Of a DNA stretch of 64,000 bases, positions 12,240-21,734 are shown piece after piece. Origin of the DNA: an uncultured Methylomirabilota bacterium (GTDB lineage: Bacteria > Methylomirabilota > Methylomirabilia > Methylomirabilales > 2-02-FULL-66-22); NCBI GenBank assembly GCA_963845565.1, contig CAWJSJ010000001.1:320001-384000 (forward strand), in the 5' to 3' direction. The position numbers and the translations under genes are program-made. The notes below the pieces were generated by a model. That model saw only the letters and a list, made by a program, of their open reading frames with translations. It made no database searches and was not told the DNA's origin. Position 1 is the first letter of the stretch; the number at the start of each line of letters is the position of its first letter.

Positions 12240-13271
12240 ATGGTGTTTGTCCTGGTCGTCTTCAGCGTCTATCTGGTGATGAACTGGTATGTCCTGGCGC
12301 GGCTGTGCCACCTGTTCGCGATTCGCAAGACGGTCTGGTTTTATCTCGCGCTCATCCCCCTGACCCTGTCGTTCATCGTGGCGCTCGCCCTGGAGTCACG
12401 ATTCGGGACCCAGGTCACCGGCAGCCTGTTTGTCCTGGCGATGCTGTGGCTGGGCCTGTGCGGCCAGCTCCTCTGGATCTTGCTGGTCCAGCAACTCCTG
12501 GCGCTGGTCATCCCGCTGCCGCGGCGGTTATGGGCGATCGGCACGTGCGGCCTCGCGTGCGGCCTCGCGCTGTATGCGGTTGTCAATGCCCGCACGATCA
12601 CCGTCCGCCACGAACAGATCCCGCGTCTTCCCCTCAGGATCGCGCACCTGTCGGATATTCACATCGGCTCGATCGGACCGTCGAGGCTCGCCGACATCGT
12701 CGCCAAGACGAATGACCTCAAGCCCGATCTCATTCTCATCACCGGCGACCTGTTCGATAACGCCAACCCCGCCACTCGCGCAAGCGCGGCGCTCCTGGCG
12801 AGGTTCGCCGCCCCGGTGCTGTTCACCTCCGGCAATCATGAAGCCTATACGGGATATGATAACGTGCGGCAAATGCTGGCGGCCACACAGATCCGCTGGC
12901 TGCGCAATGAGGCAGTGGAGGTCAACGGGGTCCGGATCATCGGCATCGAGGACAGCTACGGCACGGAGCTGCTGCAGTCGGTGCTCAGCCGGACGCCCCC
13001 GTCACCGGCGTATACGATTCTCATGCATCACCAGCCCACCGGGTTCGCCGTCGCCGCCGCGCGCGGCATCGGCCTGACGCTCTCCGGCCACGTGCATAAC
13101 GGCCAGATCTGGCCGTTCAACTACATCGTGGGATTGTTCTATCCGTATCTCAAGGGTCTCCACGCCAATGGGAGCGCGTTGCTGAATGTCTCGACCGGCA
13201 CGGGCACCTGGGGCCCGCCGATGCGCCTTGGCTCCCGCAGTGAGATCGTCGTGCTGGAGCCGATACGCTGA
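12240..13271 (+). CDS. Membrane-anchored metallophosphoesterase (YkuE-like)
   Basis: N-terminal TMs; SDIH, GDLFD, GNHE, SGHVH motifs. Confidence 0.92.
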   Translation: MVFVLVVFSVYLVMNWYVLARLCHLFAIRKTVWFYLALIPLTLSFIVALALESRFGTQVTGSLFVLAMLWLGLCGQLLWILLVQQLLALVIPLPRRLWAIGTCGLACGLALYAVVNARTITVRHEQIPRLPLRIAHLSDIHIGSIGPSRLADIVAKTNDLKPDLILITGDLFDNANPATRASAALLARFAAPVLFTSGNHEAYTGYDNVRQMLAATQIRWLRNEAVEVNGVRIIGIEDSYGTELLQSVLSRTPPSPAYTILMHHQPTGFAVAAARGIGLTLSGHVHNGQIWPFNYIVGLFYPYLKGLHANGSALLNVSTGTGTWGPPMRLGSRSEIVVLEPIR

Positions 13272-13516
13272 CGCTCCACCCGCGTTGCGAGCTGGGATCT
13301 CGATCGGGGGGAGAGCCATGTCTTGACCTGGGCGTTGCACCACCCCGGGTACGAGGCCGTTCCCGACGATCTCGCCGCCCGGACGTAAGGCGCGGGCCCC
13401 TCGATGCCAGTCCATGGCACACAAGGATTCGTGAATAATCCGGGCTAGGCGCTCCCCCGCCGATCCATGAGACCTCGCGGCGTGACGCGTTCTTTCGCTC
13501 TGAGCGGTGTGCGCCC

Positions 13517-13819
13517 TTGGATGTGACCACCCCCGAGGCGGGTGGCCTCGGCACGGGACGGGAGAGCCGTTGCAATCGCTCGGAGTCGAAGGAGACGTTT
13601 TGCTTTGACGCCGTAGCCTGGATGCGCGAGCGACGGGTGAGGATTGACGAGGAAGACCGGGGCCTTTCGTGGGCTGAAAGACGCGAGAAGACGCGCAATG
13701 TCTTGGAGACCGATCCGCTGTGGCTTCGGTTGAGAACGCGGGTGGTGGAGCCATCGTCTACGCCTCGGATGTTGGTGCGGGAGCCCGGCGCGGAATACGG
13801 GACGAAGGCACCAGACTGA
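13517..13819 (+). CDS. Small hypothetical protein (antitoxin-like); start uncertain
   Basis: FDAVAWMRERRVRIDEE...VREPGAEY, a pattern seen in small mobile-type proteins. Confidence 0.4.
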   Translation: MDVTTPEAGGLGTGRESRCNRSESKETFCFDAVAWMRERRVRIDEEDRGLSWAERREKTRNVLETDPLWLRLRTRVVEPSSTPRMLVREPGAEYGTKAPD

Positions 13820-14150
13820 TCCGTGCGGGATTCCGGGAAGTCAGAAATACTTCTTCGCAATTTTGGTTGCCGCTCTTTTCAGTCCGAACGCCGCCCCCCG
13901 CTGAGTTCCCCAGTTATCTGTTCCGCCCCCTCCGGAAGGATTCCGGCCAGAAAGAATGGGGGGGAGTAGTTTTGTGTGTCTTGACAGTCGTCGGAAGCCA
14001 GGAGTAGGCTCCCGCACTGCGGAACCGTTTGGGATTTCTGGACCAACCGCTCGGCACGCCCCGGGGAGGGTATACGGGAGCGATGCAAGAGTCGGTACCG
14101 GGGGCCGCATAACCGCCGTCGGGGCAGATTCTGATGCTAGAGGAAGAGCG

Positions 14151-15125
14151 ATGTTTCCATCTTCGAGAATACCAACGTCAATCAAGAAGGGTATTTCCAC
14201 CCGATACAGGCGCACCAATCAGGAGGGTATGCGACTCATTGAAGCGTCGCTGAAGCAGAACTTCTTTACTCAAAGGGATGCGTGGTACGGTGATCAGGCA
14301 TATCTGTCCTCAGAAGAAGGCCAAGCCGACCTGCAGAACCATTTGCACTATCGGCTCGATAAATATCGCGAGGCGGTTATTCCGTGGTTGAACCATGCCA
14401 AACCCCTGAGCGGTTCACGCATTCTGGAAATCGGCTGCGGCACTGGGAGCTCAACAGTCGCCCTTGCCGAGCAAGGCGCAGAAGTCACCGCGGTTGATGT
14501 TCTTGATACCAGCCTCATCGTGGCCAGGGATAGATGTGCGGCGTATGATCTCCACGCGAATTTCCACTGTGCCAATGCCACTCAAGTACCCAAGATCCTC
14601 GCGGGCGAACACTTCGACTTGATCATTTTTTTCGCCACGCTTGAGCATATGACCATCAGCGAGCGAATCGTTGCCATGAAGAATACTTGGGAGATGCTCT
14701 CCCCCGGCAGTTTGTGGTGCCTGAAAGAAACTCCGAATCGATTATGGCATTACGATTCTCACACGTCTCAATTACCCTTCTATTTATGGTTGCCGGATGA
14801 CTTAGCCTTTCTGTACTCTCAGTTCAGCCCCAGAAAGAACTTCTGCGATTTGTATCGAGACATAAATGAAGATTCCATGCGTGATTTTCTCAGGCGTGGT
14901 CGGGGAGTCAGTTTCCACGAATTTGAACTTACCATGAAGCGGGCCGAAAAGCTCGATGTTGTGAGCAGCTTTCCGATCTTCGCACGAGAACGAAACGTCT
15001 TCAGAAAAGTCGCCTGGATGCTCTCAAAAAAAGGCCGCTACGAGTCCTTCCTGGCGCGATTCGGTCCAAAGATTCATCGGGGGTTTTATCAGGAGTCGCT
15101 GGATTTGATCATCCGGAAAGATTAA
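14151..15125 (+). CDS. Class I SAM-dependent methyltransferase, lower GC
   Basis: ILEIGCGTG, FDLIIFFATLEH, ETPNRLW. Confidence 0.88.
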   Translation: MFPSSRIPTSIKKGISTRYRRTNQEGMRLIEASLKQNFFTQRDAWYGDQAYLSSEEGQADLQNHLHYRLDKYREAVIPWLNHAKPLSGSRILEIGCGTGSSTVALAEQGAEVTAVDVLDTSLIVARDRCAAYDLHANFHCANATQVPKILAGEHFDLIIFFATLEHMTISERIVAMKNTWEMLSPGSLWCLKETPNRLWHYDSHTSQLPFYLWLPDDLAFLYSQFSPRKNFCDLYRDINEDSMRDFLRRGRGVSFHEFELTMKRAEKLDVVSSFPIFARERNVFRKVAWMLSKKGRYESFLARFGPKIHRGFYQESLDLIIRKD

Positions 15126-15203
15126 CCGTGGTCTGAGGATCGGCCTCTCGTCAAGGCGCAAAGAGTTCCAGGGCGGATGCCGGGCGGGTGAATGCCGGGT
15201 GTC

Positions 15204-16754
15204 TCACTCCGCCGCCGGAGCGGCGATCCGGCGCACGGGGCCCAGTGTCGTCAGACCCGATTCGAACTGCGGCACGTCGCCGACGACGAGGACCGTGGTG
15301 GTGTCGGGCCGAAGATACTGCCGGGCGACTCGCTGCACGTCCTCGCGGGTGACGGCCCGATAGCGATCCAGCAGCGTGTCGAGATAGTCCGGCGGATACT
15401 CATCGAATTCCAGCATGAGGAGCTGCGTCACGACGCTGAACCGGGACGTGAACCGAAAGACAAACGAGTTGACGATCGCCTCCTTGGCGCCGTCCAGCTC
15501 CGCCGGGCTGACGAGGTGGCTCTGCATGCGGCGCATCTCTTCCAGGATGGCCCGGACGGCACGCGGGACATTCTCGTTCTTGGTCTGGACGGTCACCCGG
15601 AAGAGGCTGACGTCCCGGCTGGAGGTGGGAAAAGACGAGGCAACCGAATAGGCCAGTCCTTCCTCGGTCCGCACCCGCTCCATGATCCGACTGCTGAAAC
15701 CGCCCCCGCCCAGGATGGTGTCCATGATCTGGATGGCGTAGCGGTCCGGATTGGCGCGGCTGATCCCAAAGTGGCCCAGGACGACGTTGGACTGGGTCAG
15801 GGGGCGCGAGAGGAGAAGCATGCCCGCCTCGAAGCGGGGCTCCACCTTGGGAAGCGGCGGGAGATCGAGCGCCCCGGCGGCGGTCCAATCGCCGAAGTGT
15901 TCCTGGACCTTGGCGGCCAGCTCGTCCACGCTGAAATCGCCCACCACCGCCAGGAACATGTTGTCGGGGCGGACGAAGCGCCGGTGGTGGGCCTTCAGGT
16001 CTTCGGGTTGGATCGCCTGCGCCTGGGCCGCGGTGAGGGGCCGCCCGAGGGGATGCGCCTCGGTGTACATGGCGCGCGCGAACTCTTGTGTCATCAGGCG
16101 GGAGGGATTGTCCGGCACGCGGCGGAGATCGTCGACCACGCGGCCTCGATAGGTCTGGAGGGGTGTCGTCGCGAAGGCGGGGCGGCGAATCATCTCCGCC
16201 AGCAGCTCGAGGGATCGGTCGGCGTTCTTGGCCAGCGCGCTGACCGTGAGCGAGATCGTCTCTGACCCAACGCCGGATTCGACGGAGACCCCCAGGACCT
16301 CCAGCTCTTCATTCAACGCGTCCACGGCCATGGCAGTGGTCCCACCGGAGCGAAGCTGCGAGGCGGTGAACTGGGCGCGGCCCGCCCGTTCGGTCGGCTC
16401 GTACAAGCTACCCGCACGAAAGACGGCGTACGCGTTCAGGACCGGCAGCGACCGGTCGCTGGCGAGGTACAGGACCATGCCGTTGGAAAGGACGCGTCGC
16501 TCCACCTCGCGGCCGACGCGCGGGACGGTGAGCTGGAGCGGGGGGAAGGTCATCCGCTGAACCAGGGCAGCGCCGGGCGAGCGGGGGGGGTCATGCCGGA
16601 GAGCGGTATCGGTGGCGCACCCCGTCATCAATACCGCCAGAGCGGAAAGACATCCCGCGATGGATCGCGCGCGGTGCGACCACCCGTGCGTCAGGCAGAA
16701 CTTATCCCGTGTCCTCACCGGTATCCTCCCCCAAACCCGAATCCGCGTACCCAA
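15204..16754 (-). CDS. M16 (pitrilysin) peptidase, non-catalytic subunit, probable lipoprotein; start uncertain
   Basis: LSNG, GGGGFSSR, EGLAYSV; lacks HxxEH; LMTGC lipobox. Confidence 0.88.
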   Translation of the reverse strand: MGTRIRVWGRIPVRTRDKFCLTHGWSHRARSIAGCLSALAVLMTGCATDTALRHDPPRSPGAALVQRMTFPPLQLTVPRVGREVERRVLSNGMVLYLASDRSLPVLNAYAVFRAGSLYEPTERAGRAQFTASQLRSGGTTAMAVDALNEELEVLGVSVESGVGSETISLTVSALAKNADRSLELLAEMIRRPAFATTPLQTYRGRVVDDLRRVPDNPSRLMTQEFARAMYTEAHPLGRPLTAAQAQAIQPEDLKAHHRRFVRPDNMFLAVVGDFSVDELAAKVQEHFGDWTAAGALDLPPLPKVEPRFEAGMLLLSRPLTQSNVVLGHFGISRANPDRYAIQIMDTILGGGGFSSRIMERVRTEEGLAYSVASSFPTSSRDVSLFRVTVQTKNENVPRAVRAILEEMRRMQSHLVSPAELDGAKEAIVNSFVFRFTSRFSVVTQLLMLEFDEYPPDYLDTLLDRYRAVTREDVQRVARQYLRPDTTTVLVVGDVPQFESGLTTLGPVRRIAAPAAE

Positions 16755-16767
16755 CCCCCGCGTCCCG

Positions 16768-18339
16768 TCACTTCACGTCCCAGGGCTGATGCGTCGCCAG
16801 GGGGCGGGGCGCGCCTGCCACGGCGGGCGCGGTCCCGCTCCCGCGAATCAGCGCGGCCACGGTCCGACGTCGGGGCACCAGGTAGCTCTGCGCCGCATCG
16901 CGGACCTCTTCGGCCGTGACGGCCTGGAGCTTCTCCCGATCCGTGAAGAGGGTGCGCCAGTCGCCGGTCAGCGCCCAGGCGTTGCCGAGCTGCGACGCCA
17001 GCCCGGCGTTTGAGGCGAGCTGGCCGACGGCCTCCACCTCGGCCTGGTTCCGGACCTTGAGCATCTCCCGCGGGGTGGGAGGGTCCGCGGCCAGGCGGGC
17101 GATCTCCTCGCTGATGGCGGCCTCCACCTCGTCGGCCGTGTGCGGGGCGCGCGGGGTGGCCTGGATCATGAACAGGCCGGCATGCTGGAGGAACCAGGGG
17201 CCCGCCGCAACGCTCGTCGCCAGACGCCGCTCCTCGACCAGGCGCTTGTAGAGGCGGGACGATCGGCCTTCCCCGAGGAGGCTGCCCAGCACCGCAACGG
17301 CGTAGGTGTCCGAATGACCGAGCGCGGGGGCCTGGTACAACATGAGCAAGCTGGGCTCGGCGGGGTACTCGACGCGCACCCGACGCTCGCCGGTCTGTGG
17401 CGGTTCTTCCAGGCGAGGCGGCACGGGAAGGGGCTGGGCAGGCAGATCGCCGAAGTACTGCTCGACGACACGAATGACCGCCGCGGGGTCCAGATCGCCG
17501 ACCAACACCGCCAGGGCGTTGTTCGGCGCGTAATGCGTCTTGAAATACGCCTGCGCCTGGGGCCGATTCAGATTCTCCAGATCGCCCGGCCAGCCCAGGA
17601 CCGGATGCCCGTACGGGACGGCGGTGAACGCGGTGGCAAGGGCGGCCTCCATCAACTGGCCGCGGGGGTTCGTGTCCACGCGCTGGCGCCGCTCTTCCTG
17701 CACCACGTCCCGCTCGGTGTAGAACTCCCGGAAGACGGGATTGCGCATTCGATCCGACTCCAGCAGCGCCCAGAGTTCCAGCCGGTTCTTGGGCAAACTG
17801 ATGAAGTATTGGGTTCCGTCGCGGGAGGTGGAGGCGTTCAGGCTGGTCCCGCCGTTCCGTCGGTAGATCTCCCAGAGTTCGTTGCGGACGATGAAGCCCT
17901 TCGCCTGGGTTTCCAGGACGGCCAATTCCTGTTCGATGGCCGCCACGCGCCCTGCCGCGGGCGTCGTGCCGGGACGCTTGGCGTGTCGCCGTTCGGTCTG
18001 GAGTTCGCGGTGGAGCGCGTCGATGCGATCCAGAAGGGCCTGCTCGCGGCCGGGGTCCGTGGAGCCGAACAGCGTGGTTCCCTTGAACATCATGTGCTCC
18101 AACAGGTGGGCGAGACCGGTCTGCCCAGGGACCTCGTTCACGCTGCCGACCTTGAAGCGAATATACGCGGCGAAGGTGGGGGATTCCCGTCGCTCGACGA
18201 TCAAGAACCGCATCCCGTTCTTGAGCGTGTGCTCGATGACCGGGAGTCGGGCGCTTTCGGAGAGGACATCGGCGGCGCCGGCGGGGCCGAAAAGCAGGAG
18301 GAGGACAGTCACACCGGCAAGCGCGAGGAGTCGTTTCAT
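16768..18339 (-). CDS. M16 peptidase, catalytic subunit
   Basis: GLAHLLEHMMFKG (HxxEH), NASTS, ERDVVQEE; signal peptide. Confidence 0.92.
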   Translation of the reverse strand: MKRLLALAGVTVLLLLFGPAGAADVLSESARLPVIEHTLKNGMRFLIVERRESPTFAAYIRFKVGSVNEVPGQTGLAHLLEHMMFKGTTLFGSTDPGREQALLDRIDALHRELQTERRHAKRPGTTPAAGRVAAIEQELAVLETQAKGFIVRNELWEIYRRNGGTSLNASTSRDGTQYFISLPKNRLELWALLESDRMRNPVFREFYTERDVVQEERRQRVDTNPRGQLMEAALATAFTAVPYGHPVLGWPGDLENLNRPQAQAYFKTHYAPNNALAVLVGDLDPAAVIRVVEQYFGDLPAQPLPVPPRLEEPPQTGERRVRVEYPAEPSLLMLYQAPALGHSDTYAVAVLGSLLGEGRSSRLYKRLVEERRLATSVAAGPWFLQHAGLFMIQATPRAPHTADEVEAAISEEIARLAADPPTPREMLKVRNQAEVEAVGQLASNAGLASQLGNAWALTGDWRTLFTDREKLQAVTAEEVRDAAQSYLVPRRRTVAALIRGSGTAPAVAGAPRPLATHQPWDVK

Positions 18340-18967
18340 GGCACGCACACTCCCTTTACCACCCAGCGCGGATACGTGACAACGACGCCCGCCGCGCTGC
18401 TCCGTTTGCGAGGAAGGCCCTCGCGGTTGGACGAGACGACACGCAAGGGCTCGGCCCAACCCTCGGATTCCACCGAATGGGGCGGGCCGCCGCCCCTCGT
18501 CAGACTCTTCCCCGGACTGTGCGGTCGGGTTGGACGTGTTGCCGATTTCACGCACCGCACAGACGTGTTACCTCTCAAGGCCAATCTAGCACGCTAACGG
18601 TCCGAAATAGAAGAGGGTAAAAACCGAGACCGCCTGGCGACACCCGGAGGTCGACGAGTTTCTTTCGCATGTATTCGCCGACGGTAATCGTTTGCGGGTT
18701 TTGGCACAGACCGAGTGGTCGGTTGGGACACCTTCGTGTGCTTTCGAGCATTTGTCATACTTTCTCCGATTAACATGACAAACGGTCAACCGTTCAACAT
18801 ATTGAAAAATAAGGGCTGATATAGTCGGTCGAGACGCTTCGCCTCCTGGAGTTGGCGTGGCACCCCGATTGCTCATTTTCCGGCCGGTGTCTGGAATCGG
18901 ATGGTTTTCTCTCACCGAGGGGCGACCGGATCGACGCCTCGGGATCCGAGACGAGTGGGGTGGGGAA

Positions 18968-19474
18968 ATGGGCAAGGTTGCCCCCAAGAGCGAGAGCGAC
19001 GTCATCCTGATGGCGATCGCCCAAGAGAAAGAATCCTACGCCCAGCTTGCCGCCGCCGCCTGCGCGTGCACCTGCCAGAAGGCTCGGCGTCTTTACAACC
19101 AGTTGGCCCTGGACGAACTCAGGCACCTCTTGACGCTCGTCAGTCTGATGGACGGGTTGGCCGACGATTGCCTGACGCAACTCGACCTGACCTTTCCCAC
19201 GGCGCCGCCGCCCGACCCGCTGCCGCAAAGCGAGGATGGCATCCTGCGTTCCACCATGGCGGCGGAGGCGGAATCGCACGAGCTCTTTGCGCGTCTGGCG
19301 GAAGGTGTGAACCGGGAAGAGCTTCAGGCGTTGCTGGTGATCCTCCGGGACGAAGAAGCGGACCATCTCTCCCGTCTGCGTTCCATGCTGTACGGGATGG
19401 AGGCCGACCGACCGGCCGTGGCCAAGTGGATGCGGTCGATCCGCCGCTTGGTGCCGTCGGAGTATCTGCATTAG
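18968..19474 (+). CDS. Rubrerythrin/ferritin-like protein
   Basis: AIAQEKES...DELRH...AEAES...EEADH diiron-type motifs. Confidence 0.75.
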   Translation: MGKVAPKSESDVILMAIAQEKESYAQLAAAACACTCQKARRLYNQLALDELRHLLTLVSLMDGLADDCLTQLDLTFPTAPPPDPLPQSEDGILRSTMAAEAESHELFARLAEGVNREELQALLVILRDEEADHLSRLRSMLYGMEADRPAVAKWMRSIRRLVPSEYLH

Positions 19475-19475
19475 G

Positions 19476-19619
19476 AGGCTGCTGAAAAAGGCCCATCTGC
19501 GGCGTTGGCGCGCTCGCGCGCCGCTGCGGCGTACGTGCGAAGTACGCCTCGCGTCTGCACCCATCCTGCGGATGGGTACCCGGCGCGCCGCATTGCATCT
19601 GGACCTTTTTGAGCAGCCT
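19476..19619. mobile_element. MITE/REP-like element with imperfect terminal inverted repeats
   Basis: AGGCTGCTGAAAAAGGCCCATCTGC...GCATCTGGACCTTTTTGAGCAGCCT, right after a TAG stop. Confidence 0.7.
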
Positions 19620-19749
19620 GCGCGAAGGTGGCGTTTTCAGTAGGGGTGGTGGCCGAACCTGAATTATCGGGGCGGCCCACGCGTCAAGCACTGCGGGGAA
19701 AGCGACCCCGCTTGAACTCGTCCCCGTGTTGGCGAGGCAAGGAGGGTGG

Positions 19750-19971
19750 ATGATGATGCCTGAAGTCGAGCTGTGGTCCCCCGAGCAGGAGTTGCGACTG
19801 CTGGAGGAGCTGGTCGAGACGGAAGCGAAGGCGTTCGACCTGGACTTTGGCTTGCCGGCGGCGGTCATCGCGGCCGAACCGGAGCAGCCGTGGGTTGCCT
19901 ACTGGCAGTTACCGCCCAACGGCGTCCGGGGGAGGGCGCGGACCGGCGCACGCGCGGTGCGCGGACGCTAG
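19750..19971 (+). CDS. Small acidic hypothetical protein
   Basis: RBS AAGGAGG; MMMPEVELWSPEQELRLLEEL. Confidence 0.45.
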   Translation: MMMPEVELWSPEQELRLLEELVETEAKAFDLDFGLPAAVIAAEPEQPWVAYWQLPPNGVRGRARTGARAVRGR

Positions 19972-20140
19972 CCTGACCTGACGACGCGATAGGAAACTCC
20001 TGGAGGTACCCCTCGGGCGTGCGGCGCCCATGCGCACGAGTTGGGGTTTCCGTTCACCCGATGGTCCATTACGACCACAATGCGTGTCGTGCAGCCCCGG
20101 CGGACATTCCGTCGGGGCTGTTCTCTTGATGGGCAGTCGG

Positions 20141-20186
20141 TTGACATCCGACGCTTCCGGGTGTAAATACCCTGCCAGGGTATAGT
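20141..20186 (+). promoter_or_regulatory. csoR promoter with CsoR operator
   Basis: TTGACA at 20141; palindrome ATACCCTG-C-CAGGGTAT (20167-20183) matching the TACC..GGTA CsoR-type site. Confidence 0.8.
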
Positions 20187-20204
20187 ACGCGTGGGGTGAG
20201 CGCC

Positions 20205-20495
20205 ATGATGGATGCGGAAACGAAGCGACAGGCCTTGGCCAGGGTGCGACGGATTGTAGGACAGGTCCAGGGCATCCAACGGATGGTGGAAGACGAGAAG
20301 TACTGCGTGGACATCCTGCTCCAGATCTCGGCGGTGCAGGGCGCCCTGGAACAGGTGTCGAAGATCCTCATGGCCCGCCACATCGAAAGCTGCGTGACGG
20401 ACAGCCTGCAGGCAGGGAGCGAGCGGGAGCGGGCCAGGAAGATCGACGAACTGATCGAGGTCTTCTCTCGCCACAGCGGTTTCGGAGGGCGCTGA
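20205..20495 (+). CDS. csoR: CsoR/RcnR family copper-sensing repressor
   Basis: RRIVGQVQGIQRMV..YCVDIL...HIESC (Cys/His/Cys ligands). Confidence 0.93.
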   Translation: MMDAETKRQALARVRRIVGQVQGIQRMVEDEKYCVDILLQISAVQGALEQVSKILMARHIESCVTDSLQAGSERERARKIDELIEVFSRHSGFGGR

Positions 20496-20557
20496 GCCGA
20501 GGGTCGCTCCGCGACCGTATGACGGGTACCGGGGACGGCTGGTCGGCGGAGATCGCC

Positions 20558-21718
20558 GTGAGCGACTATGATGTGCTGATCGTTGGCGCCGGGCCGGCCG
20601 GCTCGACGGCGGCTCGTCTCTTGGCGGCGGGTGGCGCCCGGGCGTGCCTGGTGGACAAGGCTCGGTTCCCGCGCCCGAAGCCGTGCGGCGGTGCGCTCTC
20701 TCCCCGCACCTTGCGGTACTTGCCCTCCGGGGTGGACCGGCTCGTTCGGGCGCGGATCCAGCGTGCGGTCTTCACCTTCCGGTCGGGGAAGCCCTTCGAG
20801 ATCGCGTCGCCTACCCCCATGGGATACATGGTGTGCCGCGAAGAGTTCGATACCTGGCTTCGGGCCGGGGCGGAAGAGGCGGGAGCGTCGGTGCGCGAGG
20901 GGGCATGTGTCCGGGCGATCGAAGAGACGGAGAGCGGATTCACGGTCCGCGCGGGCGGGGAGACGATCTCGGCCGGGACAGTGATCGGGGCCGACGGGGC
21001 CAACAGCCTGGTTGCCTCGCGGTTTCTTCCCGCCCGCCCGCCCGCCCGCTACATTGCCGTGGAGGCGGAGGTCCCTCAGGACGGCCACGACCTCGGCGGC
21101 ACAATCATCGTGGACGTGGGGGCATATCCCGGCGGGTATGCTTGGGCCTTTCCCAAGGGGGACCGGATCAACATCGGTGTGATGGTCGAATACGCCCGAG
21201 GGCGCGAGTTGCGGCACGCCCTGGCCGACTTCGTCGCCGGCCAGTCCGGCCTTCCCACCATCGCGGCGGCGTCCCAGCAGGCCGCCCCGGTGGCCGCACC
21301 GCGGTCCACACCGGTTCCCTGCGCGCGGCCCGGCGTCTTGCTGGTCGGCGATGCGGCGCACCTGGCCGATCCGTTTCTCGGTGAGGGGATTTATTCCGCG
21401 GTGCGAAGCGGCGCCCTGGCGGCGCAGGCCATCCTCGCAGGAAACGGGAGGGCCGAGACCGCCCACGGGTACGCCGTCCAGATTGCCGCGCGAATCTGGC
21501 CGGACCTGATGGCGGCGTCGCGCGTCGCCTTTCTGTTCCATCGGATGCCGCGGTGGTGGCATCATCTCTGTTCCCGGATGCCCGGTTCCTTGTCGGGCGT
21601 CGTGAGGGTGCTGGCGGGAGAGCAGTCGTACGCGGGCCTCCTTCGCCAGATCGTGCAGCGGGTGGAGGCGAAGGCCAACCGCTGGGTCCGAGAGCAGTTA
21701 GGAGTCGTTACGAAATAG
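20558..21718 (+). CDS. Geranylgeranyl reductase family FAD oxidoreductase
   Basis: [32 protein letters not shown]. Confidence 0.9.
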   Translation: MSDYDVLIVGAGPAGSTAARLLAAGGARACLVDKARFPRPKPCGGALSPRTLRYLPSGVDRLVRARIQRAVFTFRSGKPFEIASPTPMGYMVCREEFDTWLRAGAEEAGASVREGACVRAIEETESGFTVRAGGETISAGTVIGADGANSLVASRFLPARPPARYIAVEAEVPQDGHDLGGTIIVDVGAYPGGYAWAFPKGDRINIGVMVEYARGRELRHALADFVAGQSGLPTIAAASQQAAPVAAPRSTPVPCARPGVLLVGDAAHLADPFLGEGIYSAVRSGALAAQAILAGNGRAETAHGYAVQIAARIWPDLMAASRVAFLFHRMPRWWHHLCSRMPGSLSGVVRVLAGEQSYAGLLRQIVQRVEAKANRWVREQLGVVTK

Positions 21719-21734
21719 GGATGGGTTGGTGGCA

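Noticed and set aside
18782..18807. Adjacent palindromes AACGGT..ACCGTT and TTCAA-N4-TTGAA
   Set aside because: Could be operators but cannot be assigned; orientation does not match the FNR consensus
20493..20495. Read-through at other TGA stops (csoR, gldA, htrA, dehydratase)
   Set aside because: Proteins are already complete and the stops do not fall at Cys-motif positions
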